Shown here piece after piece: positions 18,908 through 30,000 of a DNA stretch of 64,000 nt. Where the stretch lies: contig OZ242358.1 of the NCBI GenBank assembly GCA_965208835.1, positions 4,480,001 through 4,544,000 on the forward strand, written 5' to 3'. Every line of letters begins with the position of its first letter. Position 1 is the stretch's first letter. This stretch comes from Candidatus Latescibacterota bacterium (GTDB taxonomy: Bacteria > Latescibacterota > UBA2968 > GCA-2709665). The translations under genes were made by a program, and so were the position numbers. A model generated the notes under the pieces. The model did not search any database and was not told the DNA's origin. It saw nothing but the letters and a program-made list of their open reading frames with translations.

Positions 18908-20143
18908 TTACAGGATGTCCACAGTCGTCGTGCGCCGTTGCGGATCGAATGCGACGTACGTTGCGCCGTTCTCCTCGTAGACGGTCCCGCTTCCGAAGGC
19001 GGATCTGTTGTGCACGCGGGGAACGGGCGTGCCGTCTACCGAAACGGAATTGATGTCCCTGCCGGTGAATCGCAACGTCAACTCCGGTGTACGCACGGGC
19101 AGGTCGAGCGTAACCGTGTTGTCTTCAACGGCGAGTTCCGCCATCTCCCGCATGATGGCGTAGGTTGTAATCTCACTGCATTTGCGCCACCGGGTGCGTT
19201 CTCCGGCCGGATCGCGTTCCTTCAGCCGTCGGACAACGGTCTTGAAGGCGTTGAAACCCCGGCGGTCGGCGTCGTGAAGTCCGTAGAAGCCCTGCCAGTG
19301 GCTGATGAGGACGGCGGGATCTCCTGCGTCGATGAGGGCCGGCAGTCGTCCGCCCTGAAGGTCGGCCGTGATGTACTTGTCTGCGTTGACCTCTCCGTAT
19401 CCCGTCCAGGACCCCGTCCAGTCGCCGGTGCCGGCGATGATCTCACCCATAGCGGTACCGTTGTCCCGGTCTGGATACCAGACGGGCGTTTCCACGGCGC
19501 CGTGGGACACGCGCTTGAACAGGTAAGGCGTAGGATTGCCGGTGACGCGGCGGCAGGCGGCTTCGGCGCACCGTGCGTAGAAGTCGAGCGGATTGCCGAA
19601 TCCCCCCGGCGAGGTGACGCCGGCGGGCGTCAGGCCGACGTTCCGGAGGATCTCACAGGCAAGCGCGATGTAGTCCGTTACCAGTTCCTCCCGGTCCGTG
19701 GGCAGCCGGTCCCATCCCCACTGTTCCCAGAGGTTGGTGTCCACCGGCTTCAACGTCTCCAGGTCCACCACGAATGTGTGGGTCATCATCTCGGGGGTGA
19801 TATCGTAATTCGGAACGATGAGCTCCCTGCACATATCCAGCCAGCTCTCCTGCTGGACCCTGCTGAACAGCGGAAGCCCGTGGTCGATCCGTCCCAGCGC
19901 CGCCGGACACGGTACGACGCTGAACTTGCCCTTGACGCCTTCGTCAAGGCAGTATTCGGCGAATTCCCGCGTGAAGGACTCGGGGTGAACCACGGGAACG
20001 TCCTCCCACCGGCGGCGCTGACCGTCGATGGGGTTTCTGTCCCGCATGAAGAAGTAATTCAGGTTGACCAGCAGCGTGGAGTCATCGAAGATGATCGAGA
20101 GGGGGACGCGGTCCAGTGCGTGGCGGGCGATTTCAACGTGCAT
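18908..20143 (-). CDS. Hypothetical protein, possible polysaccharide deacetylase-like barrel
   Basis: SIIFDD, KGKFSVVP, EMMTH, GVTSPG and ISHWQG resemble NodB-like motifs. Confidence 0.5.
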   Translation of the reverse strand: MHVEIARHALDRVPLSIIFDDSTLLVNLNYFFMRDRNPIDGQRRRWEDVPVVHPESFTREFAEYCLDEGVKGKFSVVPCPAALGRIDHGLPLFSRVQQESWLDMCRELIVPNYDITPEMMTHTFVVDLETLKPVDTNLWEQWGWDRLPTDREELVTDYIALACEILRNVGLTPAGVTSPGGFGNPLDFYARCAEAACRRVTGNPTPYLFKRVSHGAVETPVWYPDRDNGTAMGEIIAGTGDWTGSWTGYGEVNADKYITADLQGGRLPALIDAGDPAVLISHWQGFYGLHDADRRGFNAFKTVVRRLKERDPAGERTRWRKCSEITTYAIMREMAELAVEDNTVTLDLPVRTPELTLRFTGRDINSVSVDGTPVPRVHNRSAFGSGTVYEENGATYVAFDPQRRTTTVDIL

Positions 20144-20211
20144 CGGGGGGTTCCGTCGGGGCTCTGACCCGGTGAGACAGCCGTTCAGGGTCTACTGGCG
20201 TGAATGAAGTC

Positions 20212-21327
20212 CTAGTCCGCCGTCGCCCCGTCGAGAACCTGTCTCAGGCGCCGGGCGACGATTTCATCTTCACCGTCTTCCATCATGTAGGGCATGACTT
20301 CCACGCCCGTCCCGGTGTGGAAGAGCTCGATGCGCGGATCCGAATCGGAGAGTTGCCGCCTGGCTTCTTCCGGCGTGATACGGACGGTTTCAGCATCCCA
20401 GTCGATGGACAGCACAGGGGCGACGTTGGACCGGCCGGGCTGAAGGATGCCCGTCGTCAGGGTGGGGATATGCGCGATTGCGCCCGCGATGATTTCCAGC
20501 CGGCACTCCCATTCCTTCCATTCCGCGCTGTGGTCCCGCCGCACCCACTGTTCCACGGCGGCAAGCAGTCCCATCACCTCCTCCTTGCCGGCTTTCATGG
20601 GACGCGCGAGCGAATGGTGGGGTGCGCCGTTCATGAAAGCGGCGTGCAGGATGTCTTTTCTGCCCAAAACCAGGCCGGACGCTTGAGGGCCCCGAAGGCA
20701 CTTGCCGCCGCTGTAGGCAACCACGTCCACGCCGTCGGACAGGTAGGGATTCGGAACGTCGGGCCGCTCGGCGGCGGCGTCGACGAAGGTGGGCACGTCG
20801 TGTTTTCGGGCGATTCTGACAATCTCGGGTACGGTGATGGTTCCCCGGTCGGCCGCGTCGCCGAAGATGGCGATCATCGCCGTGGATTCGTCAACGGCAG
20901 CCTCCAACTCGAGAGGGGTCTCCACCTCGACAATTTCCACGCCCACCATACGGATGGCGTGGTCGTAGACGTGCCTGTGGGACGGCTGCGTGATAACCCG
21001 GTTCTTCATCCCGGACGTATCGGGCAGACGTTTCATTTTGTCCGGATCCAGGCCGGCCACGCAGGCGGCCGTGACCTGGCACAGCGCCGCGGCGCAGCCG
21101 CTGGTGACCATGCCCGATTCGCATTTCATGAGATCCGCGATCCGTGCGCCTACTTTTTCCATCAGCTCGTCCAGATGCACGTATGCCTTCGAGGCTTCAT
21201 GGATTGCCCGCCGGACCTCCGGCAGCATCAGGGAGCCGGAGATGATGGTGTAGGTCCCCATGCAATTGATCAGGGGACGTACCCCGATGGATTCGTACGT
21301 GGGTTGGGGCGCGGCAGACGTGGACAT
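20212..21327 (-). CDS. SelA-like PLP-dependent enzyme (DgaE-related)
   Basis: INCMGTYT..SGS, VTSGCAAAL, FVDAAAE, YSGGKCLRGPQASG, RPMKAGKEE. Confidence 0.85.
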   Translation of the reverse strand: MSTSAAPQPTYESIGVRPLINCMGTYTIISGSLMLPEVRRAIHEASKAYVHLDELMEKVGARIADLMKCESGMVTSGCAAALCQVTAACVAGLDPDKMKRLPDTSGMKNRVITQPSHRHVYDHAIRMVGVEIVEVETPLELEAAVDESTAMIAIFGDAADRGTITVPEIVRIARKHDVPTFVDAAAERPDVPNPYLSDGVDVVAYSGGKCLRGPQASGLVLGRKDILHAAFMNGAPHHSLARPMKAGKEEVMGLLAAVEQWVRRDHSAEWKEWECRLEIIAGAIAHIPTLTTGILQPGRSNVAPVLSIDWDAETVRITPEEARRQLSDSDPRIELFHTGTGVEVMPYMMEDGEDEIVARRLRQVLDGATAD

Positions 21328-21523
21328 GTAAGTATCCCGTGGAAAGACGATACCGAGAGTGCGCGTTGTTCGACGGGGCCTCAGCACGGACGGGCCTGGC
21401 AACCGATATCAAGAGTCTACAACATGGACGTGGGGATTGCAAGTCCGATGTGGCCTGGAGCCGGCGGGGACGTTGGAAAGGGCGGATCGGCACCTTGGCA
21501 ACGCTGGGTGGGGAGCAATGCGT

Positions 21524-21546
21524 GCGCCCACAAGGGACGCCCCTAC
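21524..21546 (-). repeat. GTAG-class REP-like palindrome
   Basis: Minus strand reads GTAGGGGCGTCCCTTGTGGGCGC. Confidence 0.55.
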
Positions 21547-21627
21547 ACGTGCAACGTGTCGGGCGAATGGGTACTGCGAATTGGCGTTTCACGGCGCAGG
21601 CAGATGTGACGCGAATTGTGTCACTGA

Positions 21628-21644
21628 TGTCGCATTTTGCGACA
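21628..21644. promoter_or_regulatory. Perfect palindromic operator/UAS
   Basis: TGTCGCA-TTT-TGCGACA, next to a GTGAC-N9-GTCAC dyad at 21606-21624. Confidence 0.5.
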
Positions 21645-21980
21645 GTGGGAGAGCCAGATTACGCGGTCTGCCCGAACGCACCGGCGAAGATGAGAAAATC
21701 GGGGAATTTGACACTGCCGTTTCAGTCCCGGTCGTAGCGCGATTCAAACCTGCGTTGCCGCGGCTGAACCGCAATTTCGCGGCGATTCTCACGAAGCTGC
21801 CAGAATCCACCCCGCCGCCGAGAACGCCAGGGAAATTGGGGGCGCCTCATTCGCGCCGGACGCTGAAGAGCCATACCGGATACGGACCAGCGATGTCAAG
21901 ACGATGTAGCTCTCCAATCCGCGCGCCCGGAAGAGACCGGGAAATCCCTTTACTAGACCGTGTTGGGCATGGGGAAATCT

Positions 21981-24900
21981 CTATCGGGCGAGAATGAAGC
22001 TGGCCTTTTTCCAAGCTGTTTCACCGCTCTTCAAATCGACAACTGAGACGTTCAGGAAATACTTGCCCGCGGGGCGGTTTTCCAGCTTGAGTTCCACGTA
22101 TTCGACTTCCATGGGATCCTCACCCTCCATCTCGTACGTCACTTCGAGTTCTTCACGTTTGCCCTTCTTCCACCGTATAAGGCTGGTGATGATACCCAGG
22201 GGGCTGAGATTGTCCTCCTTCGTGACCGTGTAGGATACCCGGTAGTTCGTCTGCGCGAATTCGTCCTGCCTCAGATTATAGATTTCGTAGTAGACGAATA
22301 CATTCTGGCCCACCCGGTAGGTCCGCGTTGGCATCGGAATGACCCACAGCGCGCCTTTGTTGAATTTATCCTTGTCCTTGCGGCTGGAAATCCGCCAGGC
22401 CAGTTCCAGGTCGCTCACCTGGAGGCTGTCCCGTTCATAGGACTCGATCTCGATGTCCTGACGATACCGCCCGTGCTGTACGGACAGGTTGTCCTTTATT
22501 TTCACTTCCATCCGGTAGCGCCCGGGGGGCACGTCCATGCGCGCGAGGTCCGGAACGAACGCGCTCCGTTCCGCGGTCACGTCCCCTTTCGCCGCGAAAT
22601 TCACCTTGTCCTCGCTCCGGTAGACAGCGCCGGTTGCCGGATTCCGCAGCGCCACGGTCCGGTCGACCCTTATTTCCGTCCGGTCGCCATCGATCATGTA
22701 GCGCCCCTGGTGTCGCGGTATCCCCACGTAGACTTCCAGCGCCGTCCGGAGATCCCTTTCACTCCTGAAATCGGCCGAGTTGTAATAGAATTCCATCGGC
22801 AGCGTGTTTTTCGGCGGCACGAAGTAGTTCGGATGCGCCGCGACGGCCATGCGATAGACGTTGCGGGGATTGTAGCGGTTCAGCATCGCCTGCTGTCGCG
22901 CGGGAATGCGGGCATCCAGCGGAGCCGGGGCGTAGTTATAGTTCCCGTTGTGGAATTCATCGGTGAAGGTAATCTCGATTCCGCTGCCTATGTTGACATA
23001 AGTCCACGTCTCCCACGGGACCATCGAGGCGTCTTCTCCGGACGTCACCGGCTTGAAGTCCGATAATATCCCGCTGCCCCTGCCTGCACCGGACGACAAT
23101 TCAACCTGCGGGTTGCTCGCAGATTCTGATTGATCTCCTTGCTCGTCTGGTTCCCCGTCATATACCTGTGCGCGGAAGCCGGGCGCCTCACCCACGCCGC
23201 CGCGCATGCTGCGTACCGGATAAACCGGGCCAACGTAATTTGCGCCGGGGCCGGAGGACTGTATCGGCATGTCCCCCCGGAGGTGCCCCACCCCGTCGAC
23301 GTTGGTCGCGGGCTTCATCAACATATGCGGCGGCGCGGCAACCCCGTACAGCGCGATGGAAAGCCGTTCCTTGACCCGCTGGACCGCGAGGGATTGCTGG
23401 AAATCCATGTCGTCAGAGCGGGACCTGTGATCGGGCTCGCCAAACCGGACGTAAACCTCGCCGCGCTGGTCCCACGGCTGCTTTCCCTCCGAAAAATTCT
23501 GCAGAGCGTACCACACGCGCCGATAGTGTTCCAGGCGGCGCTCGTTGGCCGCCGTAGTCAGGTCCGGGTCCTGTTCGGACCAGAATTTCTCCACGAACGC
23601 GGCTCTGTCAGACGCCGGGGTCTCGTCAAATGCCGCGAGCGTCCCCGCAGAGGCGACCAGCCGGATATCGTCATAGTGCTCCCGCGCCTGTTCTCCGGCG
23701 CCGTCCAGGTAGTCCGTGAAAAAGGCGTGGGCTCTGTCAAACGCTTCCAGTTTCATGCAGGCCTGCGCGAGAATCGGCAGCACCTCGTCGTCATCCGGAT
23801 TCTGCACGGCGTAATCCTCCAATATCTCCAGGATACGGCCGTAGTCCTTTGTTCTCAGGTAGATCCTTCCCAGCCGCTTCCGCCCTTCCGGATCGTCGGG
23901 TCGCAAACCCATATATTGAGCATAGTAGAGCGCGGCTTTCTCGTAGTCCTTCTCGAACTCCTCGACCCACTTCCCCATCAGCAGATAAGCCGGGGGAAAC
24001 CGGGGGTCGATTGCCAACACTTTCTTTATTTCCCGCCGTACGTCGTGTTCTTTCAGTTCGTGTCGTATGTCGGCAATATTGAATCGGGCTTCCACGTGGT
24101 CCCGGTCATACTGGAGGGCTTTCTGAAAGTAACGGATGGCATCGTACGATCCACGGGGCCACTTGCGGAAGGTGAGACCCAGGCCGTAGTAGGCCTCGGC
24201 CAGCGTGTGGTCGCATTCGATCGCGCGTTCGAAAGCATTGATAGCCCGCACGAGCTTCTCCGCCTCCAGATAGGCGAACCCAAGCCTGCTGTGCCCGCGG
24301 GCGTAATCCTGAGCCACCCCCGCCAGGATTTCGAGGGTGGAGATTGCCCTGAGCGGCTCTCGCCGGGTGAGTTCAGTGCCGAGGTTGAGGAGGGAGTCGA
24401 TCTGCGCTCTGCCCGCGCGTCGGTCGACGGTGCGGTAACCCGCGCCGCTGCGGACGGATTCAACCAGGTAACCGTCGTGAAAGAAGCTCGTGACAACGGC
24501 CTCGCCGTCCGCAGCTGCAGGACGGTATCCATGCGTGTAGCTGATCCGGCGGCCTCTCTTGGGATCCAATGCCGAGCGGAACAGCGTTTTCATGACTGTT
24601 GAATCCGCCGGCGTGAGCGTATGGGCTTCAATCCAGGTTCTGAGCGTCGAAAGGTCGGGCGGGCGCTGGTTCTCGTGCGCCTGCTCATAGGCTCGAAGGG
24701 CATCACCAATGACGGTCAGGTGGTCCTTGCAGACCCATCGGGCGCCGGGCGCCGCGGCAGCCTTCCTTGCGGTTGCGGCCAGGGCCGTCGCATAGGAAAG
24801 CACCGGCGCCGTGTAGAGCCCGTGCTTCTTGAATCGCACATGCAGGGCCCTCCACGCCCGTGATGCTCTGTGGTACCGGTCCACCGCCCAGTGAAATTCC

Positions 24901-25466
24901 CAGCGGTGTACGGTGGTGTAGGCCAGGGCCGAGGCATTGAATGCGGTCGCCACGCCCCACAGCACCGCCTTTGCGGCGGGACTCGGGTCCGGCGGGGCGG
25001 CGGGGGCCGCATCCGACGTTGTTCCCGGATCCGTGTCTGCCGTATCGTTCACCTGCGAAATGGAACCATCCCGGATGGCGATTTCCCAGACACTGGACCG
25101 GACAATGGGTACGGACCGCGTCGGGAGCATGGTAAGCGTATGCAGGGGGACCTGTAAGGGCGTCTCCCTGTAGCGGAGCCGTTTCCCGCCTGCAATCCAC
25201 TCCAGTCGTCCGGGTCGGCCGGGAAAGGTGCCGAGATGGCGTGGGGGGCTTGCTTGTTGTACTTCGACCCAGATCTCGGTAATGGCGGACGGCCCGGTTT
25301 CCAGCCCAATCGCCCATGCGGTACGGCCACCGCTTGAGGCCGATATCGCAGTTTGACGAATCTGTGCATTGAGACCCTCAAGAGGAAAGGACGTGAAAAT
25401 CGTCACGGCAGAAAGGAGGATCAATGCCCTCTGATTCATACCCAACAATTGTCCACGTCGCCTCAT
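21981..25466 (-). CDS. TPR-repeat, GWxTD domain-containing protein
   Basis: Signal-like N-terminus; multiple TPRs (AEAYYGLG..FQKALQYD); FWSEQDPDLTT..NERRLEHYRRV..PWDQRGEVYVRFGEPD; C-terminal Ig-like domains. Confidence 0.88.
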   Translation of the reverse strand: MRRRGQLLGMNQRALILLSAVTIFTSFPLEGLNAQIRQTAISASSGGRTAWAIGLETGPSAITEIWVEVQQASPPRHLGTFPGRPGRLEWIAGGKRLRYRETPLQVPLHTLTMLPTRSVPIVRSSVWEIAIRDGSISQVNDTADTDPGTTSDAAPAAPPDPSPAAKAVLWGVATAFNASALAYTTVHRWEFHWAVDRYHRASRAWRALHVRFKKHGLYTAPVLSYATALAATARKAAAAPGARWVCKDHLTVIGDALRAYEQAHENQRPPDLSTLRTWIEAHTLTPADSTVMKTLFRSALDPKRGRRISYTHGYRPAAADGEAVVTSFFHDGYLVESVRSGAGYRTVDRRAGRAQIDSLLNLGTELTRREPLRAISTLEILAGVAQDYARGHSRLGFAYLEAEKLVRAINAFERAIECDHTLAEAYYGLGLTFRKWPRGSYDAIRYFQKALQYDRDHVEARFNIADIRHELKEHDVRREIKKVLAIDPRFPPAYLLMGKWVEEFEKDYEKAALYYAQYMGLRPDDPEGRKRLGRIYLRTKDYGRILEILEDYAVQNPDDDEVLPILAQACMKLEAFDRAHAFFTDYLDGAGEQAREHYDDIRLVASAGTLAAFDETPASDRAAFVEKFWSEQDPDLTTAANERRLEHYRRVWYALQNFSEGKQPWDQRGEVYVRFGEPDHRSRSDDMDFQQSLAVQRVKERLSIALYGVAAPPHMLMKPATNVDGVGHLRGDMPIQSSGPGANYVGPVYPVRSMRGGVGEAPGFRAQVYDGEPDEQGDQSESASNPQVELSSGAGRGSGILSDFKPVTSGEDASMVPWETWTYVNIGSGIEITFTDEFHNGNYNYAPAPLDARIPARQQAMLNRYNPRNVYRMAVAAHPNYFVPPKNTLPMEFYYNSADFRSERDLRTALEVYVGIPRHQGRYMIDGDRTEIRVDRTVALRNPATGAVYRSEDKVNFAAKGDVTAERSAFVPDLARMDVPPGRYRMEVKIKDNLSVQHGRYRQDIEIESYERDSLQVSDLELAWRISSRKDKDKFNKGALWVIPMPTRTYRVGQNVFVYYEIYNLRQDEFAQTNYRVSYTVTKEDNLSPLGIITSLIRWKKGKREELEVTYEMEGEDPMEVEYVELKLENRPAGKYFLNVSVVDLKSGETAWKKASFILAR

Positions 25467-26193
25467 GTCATCAACCTCTTTCAGACCGAATTACGAGACC
25501 CGGGTTTAGCTGACGATCCAGGTATCGAGACCCCTCAACCGGCCCCTCCCCGACACGGGGAGGGGAGCGGTGCCCAACGTGCCGCCCCTCAGGTATCGAC
25601 ACGTAAAATTCGCGCGCGGTCGATTCCATGCCGCAGTAGATCCTTCGTCAGCCGGCGTGTGATGGATACGTTTCCCAATACGAGCCGTCTTCCTCATTGC
25701 AGAAATCCTTTCGTTGTTAATTGGGCTCCGGTGCCGCCGCGCCGGGTAATACGTCGACGCATCGTTCAATCCGAGAGCGGCGAAGCGGGCCATCAGAAGC
25801 CACCGGGGTACGTTTGGGAGCGGCAGGGCAAGGCCGGCATCCCGGTTGCCACCTCTGTCGGCACGTCGTTGCCCTTAAGGCGGCTGACGCCCACATGCCA
25901 GGCTGCTGTTGGACCGCTCCCGTCCCGTGTATTGAAATGCCAATCCATTTCCGTCGCCACTCGTCCTGAGGCCGAATTCGAGCTTCCCGGAATGGAACGA
26001 ATCCAGACCCGGCGCGCGGCTTTCACTATCGTCAGAGTTGTGGATCACGTGTCGAACGCGTCGCTGAACCTGGAAGACCCCACAGAATTTCTTGTGCCGT
26101 CGCCTCAAATCGTCAGACGATGCCGGACCAACATGTTTGCGTTTATACGACATTAAAGTTCATAGTATAACGTGGCAATGATATTTTCACAAC

Positions 26194-26793
26194 TTAATTA
26201 TGATTTAATGCGTTATTGTAGGATATAATATATGAATTTATCGTGACTATTGTATCGCACGGTCCAATTGGGATTCGCATTTGTCCGAATGCGCCTGCAA
26301 AGATGACGAAGTCGCCGAAGCCTATCGCCCCGTCGCCGTCAAGGTCGTAGCGGACATCATACCCCTCCTCGCCGCAGCCTGTTCCGAAGCCCTGGGCGAA
26401 CAGCACGAAATCCCCGAAATCCACCGTACCGTCGGCGTTCACGTCCGGGCTGCCCCAAGCCGTGGCGCTAAACACCGCCAGCGAAAGGCCCGCCGCACGC
26501 GCCGTCACGGTGTTCATCCCCGCCGCGGGACCCAGCGTGAGCGTCGTGGACGCGTTCCCGCTCGTATCGGTCCTGGCCGCCGTCGCAGACAACGTGCCGC
26601 CGCCACCTGTGACGTTGAAGATCCCGGGCATGCCCGGGAACGGGTCCCCGTTCTGGTCCCGTACCGACACCACGAACGGCGCAGGCATCGACATCCACGG
26701 AACCCCGGGTTCAAGAGGTCCCCTGCGCCCTGACGAAAGGATCCGTGGCGCGGACCATGCGTTTTCAGGCAGGTTGAACGAAATCGCCGGCAA
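26194..26793 (-). pseudogene. Remnant of a secreted protein: Big_1/invasin-like Ig domain plus EF-hand/dockerin-like C-terminal module
   Basis: PFVVSVRDQNG..GGGTLS..TDTSGNASTTLTLG and DVNADGTVDFGDFVLFAQGFG..YDLDGDGAIGFGDFVIFAGAFG. No credible N-terminus or signal; reads through into AT-rich DNA. Confidence 0.7.
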
Positions 26794-26819
26794 ACACGCT
26801 TGCCGGGGTCAAATGCGAA

Positions 26820-26852
26820 GGGACGGATCGACGTGCAACTGCGATCCGTCCC
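26820..26852. terminator. Strong hairpin downstream of the heparinase-like gene, possible terminator
   Basis: GGGACGGATCG-N11-CGATCCGTCCC perfect 11-bp stem; weak U-tract. Confidence 0.45.
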
Positions 26853-27050
26853 CCAGTGCGAGGACATTCCGCCGGAAATCATCCAATGTCACGATGCGGT
26901 AATTAAACGACGATGCTCACGAACCGTGTACGCAGCCTGTGAATTTCCAGACAGGGAAGCGACAGACTTAACCGCAGCGACGCACCGGCGTTTGCGATGC
27001 GATCGTGTGACACTGACCGCCACAGGCAAGGGATGGGTTTTCCGCTGACG

Positions 27051-30000
27051 CTATTCCAGACGCAGCAGCGTTCCGTGAGGTCGGGTCGTGGCGGGGTCGA
27101 TGGTGAGGGACAGCATGCCGGCTGCTTTGTCCGTTTCGAGTTCGGTCCGCGGGCCGGCTTCGTGTTCGATGAAGGCGCGGCGGTGCGGCGTCCGGATCGA
27201 GAGCCGGGCCGGGGTTGTGGTTCTGACCTCGAAGGTGTCCACGGAGACCTGTTCCATCGAGAAGAGCGAGGGAATCCGCCAGGTCGTGCCGGCGTTGAAC
27301 GGGAATTCGTCCACGTCGATCCGGTTGGCGGCTGCGGACCCTATTCGGTATGCCGTCCAGCAGCCCTGGTCGGGGTCCTGTACCCGGACGAAATGACCCG
27401 CGAGGACGACGGGATGCGGAAGGGTTTCTCGGGTCCGGAATCCCTCGCGGTCATGGCCGGCGATATCACCCCCTATTGACGTGACCTCGAGGGCGACGGT
27501 CAGGTCAGGCGAGGCGAAGCGGGCCGTTTCCGTCAGAAAGAGCGATTGCCTGGCATCCCTGGATCGCGTGTACACGGCGGCTCGACCGGCGAAGGAGATG
27601 TCGCCGAACGCGCATTCGTTCTGATCCCGCGTCAGGATAACGGTGTCGTCGGCCGTCCGGCGGCGGATGCGAAGCGCCACCGGTCCGCCGTCGTTGTCCG
27701 GAACAGAAAGCGGCTGGACCTCCAGGATGTCGGGGTCCTGCCTGAAATGGTCGATGACTGCGACAAATGTGTTTCCGTTCCCGGATTCGGCCTTGCGGGC
27801 GAAGAGATAGTCGTTGCGCGCGCCGATTTCAGAATGACTCCGCTGCCCTGGTCCTTCACCCACGATAATCTCGTCCACGGGCGATACCAGACGTACCCGC
27901 ATGGTCATCCCGTCATCCGTCCAGGATGCGCTCCACTGGTCCGAGGGTTCTCCCGAGCGGAGCCCCTCGATATCTTCTCCGAGCACTCCCGGACGTTCCT
28001 CCATTGGAATCGGCCGGTCGTGAGAGGGAGGAGAACTGATGCGACCCTCCCCATGGATGGCGTAGTCCTGGACCGCGCCGCCTCTGACGCGAAAGACGTC
28101 GACCAGGTAGGCGGGTCCCGAACTCCTGTGGATCATCGCGCAAGAGCGTCTGTACGTTTCAGCCTGTTCGTACGCCCTGCAGTCCGCTTCGATTATCTTC
28201 GTGGCGGGCGACGCGGCGAGCAGGCGCAGGTTTCCCGGAGGTCTCCGGTCCCGGGGGAGCTGGTTTGCTTCGTCCAGAACCACCAGGTTGTGTTTTAGCG
28301 TGCTCCGGATGCTCGCATTGAGCGGATGGTCGCCGATATATCCGAGGTCGGAAAGGACCTCCACCCCCTCCACGTTCATGGCGATATTGAGGGCGTCCGG
28401 GTGGTCGTGGCCCTCCGGCTGGTAGAAGTTCATCAGGAAGGTGGCCGAACCCGTGAGATCGGTCCGGAACATGGCGTCGTAGCCCGTATTGAAGATCGCA
28501 AGCAGCCATCCCGGGAAGAACCGGTCCCGCACGGGCGGCGGCGGCGCGCATTCGAGTTCCGCGGACCGGTTGAAGAGGGCGAACGCGTCCCCGGTGTCCA
28601 GTCGTACGAACGGGGCGAAATCCTGTCCCATACGTACGAGACCCACGTTGTGAATCCAGGCGGGATAGGGCCAGTCGGACGGTCCTTCGCGCGCATCGGC
28701 GGTGTGGGGCAGTCGGCCGTCCGGCAGCGTCATCAGGGTCCGTGCGCGAAGGACGGTGTGGTACGGGCCGCCGGGCTCGTAGAGGTCGAGGTTGTCGTAG
28801 CGGTCTTTGCCTCTATACGATGGCGGATCGGAATATCCGTGGGCGAGTTCAGGCAGATTTCGCACGTTGGAGACCGCGTAGAGGTAATAGCTGGAGCCCT
28901 CGGCGGTGCTGCCGTCGAATTTAAAGAACCCCTTCAGGTACGGCTCAAAACCCTCGACTCCCCGGTGCACGTATTCCGGCACGCCCAGGAAGCGCCCGAG
29001 GGCGACTTCGCCCTCGCGGCAGCCCGCCACCTTGTTGTTGATGCCCTCCCAGTGCGTGAACGTGAAGAGGCCCTCCACGAGCAGGTCTTTGACGACGCGG
29101 TCGCGTTCCTTTTCAGCCAGGTAGAGACGTCCGTTGGCGTCCTTTTCGTCCCAGAGCAGATCCAGGGCTTCGGTCAGCATGCAGATGTAATGCGCTTCGG
29201 CCTGAACGCCGCCGCCTGACAGGCGTCCGCAGCCCCAGAACGTCTGTATGAGTCTTCCACTCCTCATCGGGGATCGGGCGTTCTGGTCCGGACACGGGTT
29301 GACTTCGTACCTGGCGATTCCCCTGTCCTGCGCCATGAGTTCGCAGGCGTAGAGCGGATCGCAGTCCATGTAGGTGTTCCAGTAGTCGCGGAAGAGATAG
29401 GTGGGGTATACGGCGGCAAAGCGATTCAGGATGGCCGCCGCGGCACGGGCATATCGATCCTCACCTTCCATGCGATACAGGATGGCCAGATTGCGCGCGA
29501 CCGCGGGCATGCGGTGGGCTTTCTGCTGGCGGATGGCGCCGCTGTAAGAGGAATGGACCCGGCGCCCGGCCCAGCAGAAGGCATTCCGGCCGGTCGTGAA
29601 TTCAGGGTCGTTTCTTTCTTCCGGACGGATATAATAGGTCAGGGTCTGGCCTGAGCGCGGCAGGTCGAGGCGCCCCTCTTCGGGATGGGCCTCGTCGGTC
29701 ATGACGGCGCCGCAGTGGAAACAAACCAGTTTGTCGGGATCGCGGTCGATCCATCGCATGTTGTAGGTGTTGTCCGCGGCGCAGACCGGACAGAATGTCC
29801 CGTAGATCTGTGCGGGACTCTGATCGGGGACCATCCTGGCGATCCAGGCATCGGAGCGAGCCGCATAGTATTCGCCCAGTTCGAGAAGGTCTTCGTAATG
29901 CTTTTTTGCCCAATCGTGGCGGCGGATGTTGGCGTGGGCGATACTGAAGTTGTCGTCCGTTACAGTAAGGCAGGGGTGTTGGACCTCTCCGGCGCTCCGG

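Noticed and set aside
20212-21327. Selenocysteine synthase selA / selenoprotein system
   Set aside because: Shorter SelA-like/DgaE-type protein without the SelA N-terminal domain; no selB, selC or selD nearby.
25353-26156. 267-aa plus-strand ORF and short minus-strand ORFs
   Set aside because: No recognisable motifs or RBS, and it overlaps the GWxTD gene start; probably spurious or degraded sequence.
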